Positions 30,465 through 39,329 of a stretch of DNA of 64,000 nucleotides are shown here, in pieces. The stretch's first letter is position 1, and the number at the start of each line of letters is the position of its first letter. The notes under the pieces were generated by a model. It was not told the origin of the DNA. It searched no databases and worked only from the letters and a program-made list of their open reading frames with translations. This DNA comes from an uncultured Gemmatimonadales bacterium (GTDB lineage: Bacteria > Gemmatimonadota > Gemmatimonadetes > Gemmatimonadales > Gemmatimonadaceae), in the NCBI GenBank assembly GCA_963793305.1, contig CAWBZV010000005.1, forward strand, positions 512,001-576,000, in the 5' to 3' direction. A program made the position numbers and the translations under genes.

Positions 30465-31016
30465 ATGCTTTGTCTGACGATGGCCGTATTGCTGACGGTG
30501 AGACCGTCACCGCTACCCGAGCCGCTACCCGAACTGGCGGCGATCGACCTGACAACCGAGGTGGCCGCGCCTGTGGACTCGGTCTGGAGCGCGTGGACGA
30601 CGCAGGCTGGAGTCACATCGTTCTTCGCGCCCGCGGCGCATGTGGAGCTCCGGATGGGTGGGTCCTACGACATCTACTTTCATCCTGAGGCGGCGGCTGG
30701 CCAGCGTGGCGGCGAGGGACTCCGGGTTCTGAGCTACCTACCGCGTCACATGATGTCGTTCGAGTGGATGGCCCCGCCGGAGTTCACGCGGGTGAACGAG
30801 CACCGCACCTTCGTGGTCGTGACGATGGACTCGATCGGACCCCGACGCACCCGCGTGACGCTCTCACACCGCGGATGGTATTGGGATGACGCGGACTGGC
30901 GACAGGTGCACGGGTTCTTCGAACAGGCGTGGCCAATGGTGCTGCGCAATCTTCGTCACCGGTTCGAGGTAGGGCCCATCGACTGGAAGGACCCGAACTT
31001 CAACTACGGCGGGTAG
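30465..31016 (+). CDS. SRPBCC/AHSA1-domain protein with signal peptide
   Basis: GGAGGAGG RBS; APVDSVWSAWTT, GGSYDIYF, SFEWMAPP, TRVTLSHRGW. Confidence 0.85.
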   Translation: MLCLTMAVLLTVRPSPLPEPLPELAAIDLTTEVAAPVDSVWSAWTTQAGVTSFFAPAAHVELRMGGSYDIYFHPEAAAGQRGGEGLRVLSYLPRHMMSFEWMAPPEFTRVNEHRTFVVVTMDSIGPRRTRVTLSHRGWYWDDADWRQVHGFFEQAWPMVLRNLRHRFEVGPIDWKDPNFNYGG

Positions 31017-31056
31017 CGTCTCGGCAATGTCCGTCTAGGTCGTGCCTGCCGGTGCC

Positions 31057-31106
31057 AAAAAACACGACGCGGACCACCTGGAGAGGATAGGTGGCCCGCG
31101 CCGCGT
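31057..31106 (-). terminator. Rho-independent terminator
   Basis: 18-bp stem fully paired only on the - strand (3 G.U pairs), followed by a U-run. Confidence 0.8.
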
Positions 31107-31128
31107 CCTATGCAGCATTCGTGCAGAC
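31057..31128 (-). ncRNA. Candidate small RNA (~70 nt)
   Basis: Motif copy 11, 18 bp, TATTCT upstream; ends in an 18-bp stem with AUCCUCUCC loop and U-tract. Confidence 0.5.
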
Positions 31129-31158
31129 GGCTGTAGAATAGTGCCAGTCACCATGCCG

Positions 31159-31176
31159 ATATTGAATGAACCCAAC
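31159..31176 (-). promoter_or_regulatory. Motif copy 11 (GTTGGGTTCATTCAATAT)
   Basis: 18-bp spacer then TATTCT. Confidence 0.65.
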
Positions 31177-31188
31177 ATCGATCTACCT

Positions 31189-31206
31189 GTTTCGTTCATT
31201 CAAGAA
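31189..31206 (+). promoter_or_regulatory. Motif copy 12 (GTTTCGTTCATTCAAGAA)
   Basis: 18-bp spacer, TATGGT, 6 bp, then ATG. Confidence 0.65.
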
Positions 31207-31236
31207 CCGTTGGCCGTCCCGCAATATGGTGCTCGG

Positions 31237-32037
31237 ATGATGAAGAACGTGTTGCTGGCGGTACTGGCCGTTCTGTGCGGGCGCCCAGCGGCTGCGCAGA
31301 CGGGGTTTCTGGATCGTACGATCACCCTGGGTGGGGAGTCGTATCGCTACCAGGTGTATGTGCCGGCCGAGTATTCGCGGAGCACGACCTGGCCGCTGAT
31401 CGTCTCGCTGCATGGTGGCGGGCGGCAGGGGACTGACGGTCTCCAACCTACGCAGATAGCGTTCGCCAGTCGGATCCGTGACAACCGGGCGGCGTTTCCG
31501 GCGATCGTGGTGTTTCCGCAGGCGCGACCGAATACGCGGTTCATGTATCCGGAGATGCAGAATCTGGTGATGGCGGAGATGCGCCGGACGATCCAGGAGT
31601 ATCGCATCGACACACTGCGCGTGTACCTGAACGCGCATTCGATGGGGGCGGAAGGAGCGTATCGCATCGCCTATCGGTGGCCGGGGACGTTCGCGGCGCT
31701 GGCGCTGTCAGCCGGGCAAGTCGAGATCCCGAATCCTCCGTACCCGCAGTCTGACATCGACATCGACCATAAAGCGAACGCGTTCACGACGGCGAGCGAT
31801 CCGTTCGCCGCGCTGGCGGAACGGGTCAAGCGGATCCCGATCTGGCTCTTTCACAGTGACTCGGATGAGGCGATGCCGGTCGAGCAGTCGCGGCAGTTGG
31901 TGGCGGCGCTCAAGAAGGTTGGGGCCAACGTGCACTACACGGAGTATCAGGGGATCAAGCACGACGAGGCGGCGCGACGGGCGTGGGGCGACAGCACGGT
32001 TCTCGCATGGCTCTTCGCGCAACGGCGGCAGAAGTGA
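31237..32037 (+). CDS. Secreted alpha/beta hydrolase (predicted peptidase/esterase)
   Basis: QTGFLDRT, LHGGG, FPAIVVFPQ, AHSMG, PIWLFH..SD. Confidence 0.85.
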   Translation: MMKNVLLAVLAVLCGRPAAAQTGFLDRTITLGGESYRYQVYVPAEYSRSTTWPLIVSLHGGGRQGTDGLQPTQIAFASRIRDNRAAFPAIVVFPQARPNTRFMYPEMQNLVMAEMRRTIQEYRIDTLRVYLNAHSMGAEGAYRIAYRWPGTFAALALSAGQVEIPNPPYPQSDIDIDHKANAFTTASDPFAALAERVKRIPIWLFHSDSDEAMPVEQSRQLVAALKKVGANVHYTEYQGIKHDEAARRAWGDSTVLAWLFAQRRQK

Positions 32038-32071
32038 GTGCGTGAATTGGACGTGCGGTACGTTCGCCGCA

Positions 32072-33248
32072 TTAGTCTGGTGTCGGCCCGACATAGGATT
32101 CGGCGAGGCTCGTGAGCGCCGCCTCGGATCGAGTCACGTAGTCGAGCTCCGCGAGCTGCCGGCGATAGTCGAACGCATTGCCGTCTGGGTTGCGGTGTAG
32201 CATCGCCGTCATCCAGTATGCGAAGCGCTGCGCCGCCCAGACGCGCGCCAGGCAGGTGTCCGAGTAGGCGTCGAGCAAGTCCTCACGGCCGCGGCGATAG
32301 TAGGCCGCCAATGCTCGCGCGAGCGTACGGAACGTCGGCGAGCGCGAGATTCAAGCCCTTTGCTCCAGTCGGAGGCACGATGTGCGCTGCGTCGCCGGCC
32401 AAGAAGAGGTGATTGAAGCGCATCGGCTCTATCACGAAGCTGCGCATTCCCGTAATGCCCTTCTGGAGAATCTCACCGTGGTTCGGGCGCCATCCGTCGG
32501 CACACGCGAACCGTGTGTCGAGCTCCTCCCAGATCCGCTCATCGGTCCATGGGGCGAGCGGCTCGTCGGCGTCGCATTGGAGGTAGAGGCGGGTCACGGT
32601 CGAGGAGCGCATGCTGAAAAGGGCGAACCCGCGCTCGTGCAATGCATAGACGAGCTCACTGGAGCTCGGCGCGGCCTGGGCGAGGATGCCGAGCCAGCCG
32701 AAAGGGTAGGTGCGGTCGTAGGCGACGTAGGCTGCCGGGGGCACCGATGCGCGTGAGATGCCATGGAATCCGTCGCATCCGGCGAGGAAATCGCAGGTGA
32801 TGTTTTGTTCTTCGCCCGCGATCCGGCAGCGGATCCGGGGGGTCGGTGTGTCGAGGGCGGCGATGGAGACGGATTCGACCTCGAAGTACAACGGACGCCC
32901 GGTGGCGCGGCGGGACGCGATGAGATCTTTGACGACCTCGTTCTGTCCGTAGATCGTGATGGACCGTCCGTTGGTCAGCGCTTCGAAATCAACGTGGTGT
33001 CGGCGCCCGCCAAAGCAGAGCCACATGCCGCTGTGTCGCATGCCCTCGCGCAGTAGCCGTTCGCCGACGCCGGCGGCCTCCAGGAGGCGGACGGACCCGT
33101 GCTCCAGGACACCGGCCCGAACCCGATCGACCACGTAATCGCTCGATTTGTTCTCGACGATGACCGAGTCGATCCCTTCCAGGTGGAGGAGGTGGCCGAG
33201 CATGAGGCCGGCCGGTCCCGCGCCAATGATCCCGACTTGTGTTCGCAC
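32072..33248 (-). CDS. pobA: 4-hydroxybenzoate 3-monooxygenase; +1 frameshift at ~32330
   Basis: MRTQVGIIGAGPAGL, RAGVLE, GCDGFHG, YPFGWLGIL, GDAAHIVPPTGAKGLNLA. Confidence 0.93.
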
Positions 33249-33303
33249 GTGGTGACGAGACGGAAGTGTTGATTTCGACCGCTACTGGTGACACGATAAC
33301 GTC

Positions 33304-34011
33304 GTGGCTCCGACAACGTATCCGCGACCCGAGCCGGACGACCAGCCGCCCGTCATGTATCCGCCGTATCGCGCCACGGTGCGCCGGGCGCCGGCCGAGC
33401 CGATGATCCGCATCCCCCATACCTTGTCGGAGTTGACGGGACCGTGGTATGGCGACTTACCGCTGGGCGAGACCGACAACGATCTTACGCGACAGCACAC
33501 GGGCGAACCACTCGGCGAGCGGATCATCGTCACGGGACGGGTCCTCGATGAGGATGGCCGGCCGATCCCACGGGCGCTGGTGGAGGTGTGGCAGTGCAAT
33601 GCGGGGGGCCGGTATCGGCACGGGCGCGACAACCATCCTGCCCCCCTGGATCCGAACTTCACGGGGGCTGGTCGAACGATCACCGACGATCAAGGGCGCT
33701 ATCGGTTCGTGACGATCAAGCCCGGCGCGTACCCGTGGCAGAATCACGCCAACGCGTGGCGCCCGGCGCACATTCATTTCTCGCTCTTCGGCTCCTGCTT
33801 CATCACGCGGATGGTCACCCAGATGTATTTCCCGGGTGACCCGCTGCTCGCTGGCGATCCGATCTATCAGTCCGTGGGGACCGAGCGTGGGCGGCGACGA
33901 CTCGTCGCGACGTACGACCCGGCGCTGTCCGAGCCGGAATGGGCGCTCGGCTACCAGTTCGATTTTGTGTTGCGCGGACGCAATGCAACGCCGTTCGAGG
34001 GGACGCCGTGA
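33304..34011 (+). CDS. pcaH: Protocatechuate 3,4-dioxygenase beta subunit
   Basis: DNDLT, GERIIVTGRVLD, WQCNAGGRYRH, LDPNF, WRPAHIHFS, TQMYFPGDPL. Confidence 0.95.
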   Translation: MAPTTYPRPEPDDQPPVMYPPYRATVRRAPAEPMIRIPHTLSELTGPWYGDLPLGETDNDLTRQHTGEPLGERIIVTGRVLDEDGRPIPRALVEVWQCNAGGRYRHGRDNHPAPLDPNFTGAGRTITDDQGRYRFVTIKPGAYPWQNHANAWRPAHIHFSLFGSCFITRMVTQMYFPGDPLLAGDPIYQSVGTERGRRRLVATYDPALSEPEWALGYQFDFVLRGRNATPFEGTP

Positions 34012-34577
34012 CGGACTGCGTGCCGTCGCAGACTGTTGGCCCATTCTTTCACCTGGGGCTCTGCGCCGATGAACGGTGGGGTCGCATCGCGAGTCCGGGC
34101 GCTGCTGGCGACCACGTGCAGCTGCGGATCGCGGTCCTGGACGGTGACGGGGCGCCGGTAACGGATGCGCTGATCGAACTGTGGCAGGCCGATGCGAAAG
34201 GACGGTACCATCATCCGCGCGACCCAGGCGCGTCCAGTGTCGATCCGGCGTTCGGGGGGTTCGGGCGATTGCCCACCGACGCCGAGGGTGAGTGCGTCTT
34301 CGAGACCATACGGCCTGGGGGCGTGAGTGACGCTCGGGGCGGTCGGCAGGCCTCGCACGTGAACGTCTCGGTGTTCGCGCGTGGTCTTCTCCGACGGCTC
34401 GTCACGCGGGTGTATTTTGCTGACGATCCTGGTCTCGACACGGACGCCGTCCTGTTGCTCGTTCCGGCGAGCCGTCGACGCACGTTGATCGCGACCCCCG
34501 TTGCTGGACCGCTTGGCGGATGGCGTCACGTGATCCGGTTGCAAGGCGAGGGCGAAACCGTGTTCTTCGACCTGTAG
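34008..34577 (+). CDS. pcaG: Protocatechuate 3,4-dioxygenase alpha subunit
   Basis: PSQTVGPFFHLGL, WQADA, FARGLL, IRLQGEGETVFFD. Confidence 0.95.
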   Translation: MTDCVPSQTVGPFFHLGLCADERWGRIASPGAAGDHVQLRIAVLDGDGAPVTDALIELWQADAKGRYHHPRDPGASSVDPAFGGFGRLPTDAEGECVFETIRPGGVSDARGGRQASHVNVSVFARGLLRRLVTRVYFADDPGLDTDAVLLLVPASRRRTLIATPVAGPLGGWRHVIRLQGEGETVFFDL

Positions 34578-34585
34578 GCGTGGGC

Positions 34586-35725
34586 ATGCCCGTTCGCTTG
34601 ATCGAGTGTCTGGTGTCGACCGATGAGATGGCGGACCTCTTCTCGGATCGCGCGGTCCTCGAAGCCATGCTGCGCTTCGAGGTGGGGCTGGCGCGGGCCC
34701 AAGCCCGATTGGGTCTCATCCCCGCTCGCGCGGCGGAGTCGATTGCTCGGGCGGCGGACCCGGACCAGTTCGACACCGCGGTGTTGGCGCGGGACGCGCG
34801 GCGATCGGCGACGCCGGTCGTTCCGCTCGTGGATGCACTGACCGAGCGGGTTCGGGCGATCGAGCCGACGGACGCGGCGTTCGTGCACTTGGGAACGACG
34901 AGTCAGGATGTGGCCGACACCGCGCTCGTGCTGATGCTACGGCGCGCAGAGGGTGTGCTCACTGGCGATCACGAGCGGCTCACGCGTGCGCTGCGCGAGC
35001 TGTCCGGGCGCCACGCGGCGACGGTCATGGTTGCTCGGACGCTCCTGCAGCCGGCGCAGGCAACGACATTCGGGTATAAGGTCGCGCTTTCCCTGGCGTC
35101 GATTCAGCGGAGCTGGCGCGACCTGCGTGGTGCGCTCGCCGGTGCGATCCAACTCCAGTTCGGCGGGGCAGCGGGCACGCTCGCAGCGTACGCGGACGCC
35201 CACGCGCTCGCAGCCGAACTCGGTCGGGAGCTCGAGCTCCCGGTACCATTGGCGCCATGGCATACGCATCGCGACCGACTCGCGAGCGCAGTCGCCAGCT
35301 TGGGCATCTACGGCGCGAGCCTGGCGAAGCTGGCGCGCGATCTGACGCTCCTCATGCAAGTCGAGGTGGGCGAGGTGTCGGAGCCGGGCGGACGGTCGTC
35401 ATCCATGCCGCACAAGCGGAACCCGGCGGGGTCGGTCGTGGCACTCGCTTCCTTCGCGAGAATTCCGGGGCTCGTCGGCACATACTTGAGTCTCATGGTC
35501 CAGGAGCACGAGCGCGCGGCAGGTCACTGGCAGGCGGAGTGGCGGACGGTTGCCGACGTCGTGACGGGCACGGCGAGCGCGTTGGCGGCGGTCGCCGACG
35601 CCGTCGAACATCTCGAGGTGCGGCAGGATCGCATGCGGGCCAACGTGGAGTCCACGGTGCACGATGCGAATGTGGGCGCGGCCGAGGCATTGCGCCGGCG
35701 ACTGCTCGACGAGGCGGCGGAGTAA
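34586..35725 (+). CDS. pcaB: 3-carboxy-cis,cis-muconate cycloisomerase
   Basis: HLGTTSQD, QFGGAAGTL, SSSMPHKRNP, QEHERAAG; operon context. Confidence 0.9.
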   Translation: MPVRLIECLVSTDEMADLFSDRAVLEAMLRFEVGLARAQARLGLIPARAAESIARAADPDQFDTAVLARDARRSATPVVPLVDALTERVRAIEPTDAAFVHLGTTSQDVADTALVLMLRRAEGVLTGDHERLTRALRELSGRHAATVMVARTLLQPAQATTFGYKVALSLASIQRSWRDLRGALAGAIQLQFGGAAGTLAAYADAHALAAELGRELELPVPLAPWHTHRDRLASAVASLGIYGASLAKLARDLTLLMQVEVGEVSEPGGRSSSMPHKRNPAGSVVALASFARIPGLVGTYLSLMVQEHERAAGHWQAEWRTVADVVTGTASALAAVADAVEHLEVRQDRMRANVESTVHDANVGAAEALRRRLLDEAAE

Positions 35726-35729
35726 CGCC

Positions 35730-36981
35730 GTGCCGTTCGCGACCGTTGGGGGACTTCGGCACTACTATAGAATCGACGGCGCCGACGACCGACCGACACT
35801 CGTTCTGGCGCACGCGCTGGGGTGCGATCACACCCTGTGGGAGGCCCAGGCGACCGCGTTGGCGGCGCGCTTTCGGGTGGTTCGTTACGACGTGCGCGGG
35901 CACGGCGCGACGGAGGCGACCACTGGCGACTATAGCATTGAGATGCTCGCGCGGGACGCGTTGGGGCTGGCCGACGAGTTGGGCATTCGAGCGATTCGCG
36001 TTCTGCGGGCTGTCGCTCGGGGGCATGATCGGTCAGTGGTTGGCGGCGCGGGCGCCAGAACGCGTGACGGCCCTCATCCTGGCCAACACCACGGCGCGCC
36101 TGATCGATCCCAGCGTCATGGACGATCGGCGCCGGACGGTCCTGGAGCAGGGGATCGCCGCGGTCGCCGACGAGGTGCTGTCGCGGTTCTTCATGCCTCA
36201 GACGTTGAGATCGTCTTCCGCCGTGGTGGCGAATGTGCACCGAGTGCTTGGCGCGACGAACCCGGTAGGGTATGGCGGTTGCTGCGCGGCGATCCGGGAC
36301 ATGGATCAGACCGAGATGGTGAGCGGGATTCGGGTGCCGACGCTCATCATCGTCGGTGACCACGACACCTCAGCGCCGTGGCTGGGGCACCGTGACGTGC
36401 TCGCGTCGCGCATACCGGATGCGCGGGTGGTGCGGCTTCCGGCCGCCCACTTGTCCAACCTCGAGCGGCCGCGGTCGTTCACCGCGGCGCTGTGGCGGTT
36501 TCTGGTGCCGGAGTCGGAAGATGCGCTCGAAGCCGGCGCGGCGAAGCGACGCGAGATCTTGGGCGACGCGCATGTGGACCGGGCCGATGCGGCGACGACG
36601 GATTTCACGCGGGCGTTCCAGCAACTCATCACGCGGTACGCGTGGGGCACGATCTGGCAACGGCCTGATCTCGATGATCGCACGCGCCGCGTGCTCGTGT
36701 TGGTGATCACGGCTGCGCTCGGGCGCTGGGAGGAGTTTCGGATGCACGTGCGCGCTGGGCTGGCGCACGGGCTGGAGCCGTGCGACGTCGAGGAGGCGCT
36801 GCTCCAGGTGGCGGTCTACGCCGGTCTACCGGCGGCAAACACGGGATTTCAGATCGCTTCAGAACGAGATGCACGCGTAGCACGCGACGTGGCGAGTGTT
36901 GTTACTTCCGGGAACTCGTCCGACTCTCGGGCAGTAGGCTGGATTCGAACAAGGCGACCGAGCCATCGGGCAAGGTGGTGA
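35730..36981 (+). CDS. pcaD: Fused 3-oxoadipate enol-lactonase / 4-carboxymuconolactone decarboxylase (PcaL-type); +1 frameshift at ~35987; C-terminus probably run-on
   Basis: YDVRGHG, GLSLGG, AAHLSNLE, then RREILGDAHVDR, FQQLITRYAWGTIW, LLQVAVYAGLPAAN. Confidence 0.88.
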
Positions 36982-37171
36982 CGACGCGCGGCAAATACGG
37001 CGGATCATCGGTGATCCAGATCTTGGTGTGCACGGGTGCATCATCGGCATTCTCTACGATCCACGCAGGCGATGGGCCGTTCTCACGACCCGTGATCCGG
37101 TATATCTCCCACTGCGTGACCTGGTGGCCCGGCGTGAAGGAGAATGTCGGCACACGCCATGACTGGCCCGG
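36902..37171 (-). pseudogene. C-terminal fragment of an unknown protein
   Basis: WRVPTFSFTPG...KIWITDDPPYLPRVV; its upstream sequence is an inverted kinase fragment. Confidence 0.45.
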
Positions 37172-37688
37172 CTGCGCGATCATCGCCACTTCCTCCGCGA
37201 GTGGACGCTCCCGGCCGGGTGTGTCCAGCGTCTGGCGCAGCAGATCGGCAAATCCGGTGACCAACTCGCGCGCCCGCCGCGGATCCTCCAGAATGACCGC
37301 CCGGATCGAACCAAGGTACCTGGCGCTCGAGTGCGAGCGGTTCGGCGACGCGATCGATGTCGCGATCGAGATCGACGAGGAGGCGGGTCGGCGACTCGTA
37401 CCGGTGTTCGTGCTGTGTCCATTGGTGGAAAACGCCGTTACTCACGGCCGGCATACGAGTCCGCCACCGCTCCGCGTGCGCCTGCGGGCCCAGGCGAGTC
37501 CGGAGCGACTGCGTGTGGAGATTGCGAACACGGGCCGTCTGGACGTCGGTGATGGGCATCGGCCTACGGGGGTGGCCAGCGTTCGCGACCGGCTGGCGCT
37601 CGTGTACCGGGACCGCCAACGGTTTTCGCTCGGCGAGGCGGAGGGTTGGGTGCGCGCTACCATAGAGATCGACACCCCGCGCCGATGA
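37172..37688 (+). pseudogene. LytS-family kinase remnant; 37172-37315 inverted, N-terminus missing
   Basis: - strand LGSIRAVILEDPRRARELVTGFADLLRQTL..PLAEEVAMIAQ; continuation YLALECERFGD..PLVENAVTHG on the + strand from 37317. Confidence 0.8.
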
Positions 37689-38383
37689 CCCTGCGCGCGC
37701 TGGTGATCGATGATGAGCGGCACGCTCGGGCCGATCTCCGCACGTTGTTGGCGGCCCATCCGTCCGTGGAGGTGGTCGCCGAGGCGGAGGACTTCGATGT
37801 GGCGCGGTCGACCCTGGCGGTCTGTCGGCCGGACCTCGTGTTCCTCGACATCGCGCTCGGGCAGCGATCCGGGTTTGATCTCCTGGACGCGATCGACGGC
37901 CGTTGTCGCGTCATCTTCGTCACCGCGTACGATCGGTATGCCGTGCGGGCGTTCGAGGTGCGCGCGCTCGATTACTTGCTCAAGCCCGTTCATCCCGATC
38001 GATTGGCGGCTGCGTTGGCGCGCGTGGAGTACCACGAACCGGTGCTGTTCTTCAAGTCGGGTGACTCGGGGGCATTCGTGCGAGCGAGCGAGATCGCGTG
38101 CGTGCTGGCGGAAGGCGATTACTCGCGCGTCGTGACCACGAGCGGGAGAGAGCACGTCCTGCTTCGCTCGTTGTCGAACTGGGAGCGACGTTTGTCGGGT
38201 GGGGGCTTCGCGCGCATCCACCGGTCCGCGATTGCGAATTTGAAGGCGGTGTCGAGAGTTTCGCGCGGACGCGATGGGCGGTGGCGTTTGTACGTTACTC
38301 CGCTCGAGCGACCTCTCATTGTGAGCCGGCGCGTCGCCAACCGGATGTCTCTTCTCAGGGTTCCAACATCAGGCGGAACGTGA
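37685..38383 (+). CDS. LytTR-family response regulator
   Basis: VIDDERHAR, FLDI, FVTAYD, DYLLKP, FARIHRSAIAN. Confidence 0.92.
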   Translation: MTLRALVIDDERHARADLRTLLAAHPSVEVVAEAEDFDVARSTLAVCRPDLVFLDIALGQRSGFDLLDAIDGRCRVIFVTAYDRYAVRAFEVRALDYLLKPVHPDRLAAALARVEYHEPVLFFKSGDSGAFVRASEIACVLAEGDYSRVVTTSGREHVLLRSLSNWERRLSGGGFARIHRSAIANLKAVSRVSRGRDGRWRLYVTPLERPLIVSRRVANRMSLLRVPTSGGT

Positions 38384-39236
38384 ACGGCTTCCAGCGCCCG
38401 TTGCGAACCGCAATGGCAATCAGTATGAGAGCGGCGGTGAAGCACACCGCAACGGCGACGAGTGAGGCTTCGGGCCCAAAGGCCCCTCCGGTCAGCAGGA
38501 CGTTCCCCGACAGCGGAACCTTGAAGATGCCGTGAAAGGCTTTCCCGGAGACGATCGCCCCGAACACGCCGCCTTCCGTAAAGTTCCAGGCGAAATGCAG
38601 ACCTATGGGAAACCAGAGATTGCGGCTGACCATGTAGGCCGCGGCGAGCAATACCCCCGCCTCGAGCGCGATGGCGATCGTGCTCACCGCGGTGGCGCCT
38701 GGATTTCCAATGTGGTAGTACGCGAAGAGCGCAGCGGAGAGGATGATCGCCCCCAGGGTGCCGACGCTCTCCTCGAGTATGCGAAAGAAGCCGCCGCGGT
38801 ACGCCAACTCCTCGCCGATGCCGGAGATGATCGCAATGATCAGCATGATCAGGGCGCCGCCAAATCCCGCTCGGCCTTCCCAATGCGCGACGCCGAGGAG
38901 GAACAGTACGCTGTAGATGAGGCAGAAGAGCACAACACCGAGCAGTGCCCCCAATGCGGCGAGGCGTCCGCCCCCTCCCCGAAACCTCAGCTCAGTCGCC
39001 GGGCGACGTTCGAATAACCGCACGAGCAGCACGTATGCGCCGAGCATGACGAGGCTGAAGAAGGCCGTCGCGACGAGCATAGCCGGTGGCAGGAAGGCGT
39101 CCGGCAGCTTGTTCGAGATCCACTCGAGCGGATACTGCACGCCCTGGTACACCGCGTGAAGCACGACGAAGAAGACGAGGAGCCGGATGATGGCAACGCG
39201 TGAGAGCGTGTGCCACCAACCCGCCTTGGCCAACAC
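38355..39236 (-). CDS. CPBP/Abi intramembrane metalloprotease
   Basis: GEELAYRG, FAYYHIGN, LWFPIGLHFAWN, GGAFGPEAS. Confidence 0.9.
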   Translation of the reverse strand: MLAKAGWWHTLSRVAIIRLLVFFVVLHAVYQGVQYPLEWISNKLPDAFLPPAMLVATAFFSLVMLGAYVLLVRLFERRPATELRFRGGGGRLAALGALLGVVLFCLIYSVLFLLGVAHWEGRAGFGGALIMLIIAIISGIGEELAYRGGFFRILEESVGTLGAIILSAALFAYYHIGNPGATAVSTIAIALEAGVLLAAAYMVSRNLWFPIGLHFAWNFTEGGVFGAIVSGKAFHGIFKVPLSGNVLLTGGAFGPEASLVAVAVCFTAALILIAIAVRNGRWKPFTFRLMLEP

Positions 39237-39281
39237 AACCTCTGTCGTCAGACGAGAGCGATAGCTTGCGGCGTGCAAGAA

Positions 39282-39299
39282 TGCTTGCACGAAAGCAAC
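39282..39299 (-). promoter_or_regulatory. Motif copy 13 (GTTGCTTTCGTGCAAGCA)
   Basis: Intergenic; points at the CPBP gene; TATCGC at 18 bp. Confidence 0.55.
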
Positions 39300-39329
39300 A
39301 TCCACGGCGCCCGACGCGTCCGTCGGGTT

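Noticed and set aside
36857..36875. Possible further motif copy (GTGCATCTCGTTCTGAA, - strand)
   Set aside because: Poor match and it lies inside the pcaD/C reading frame
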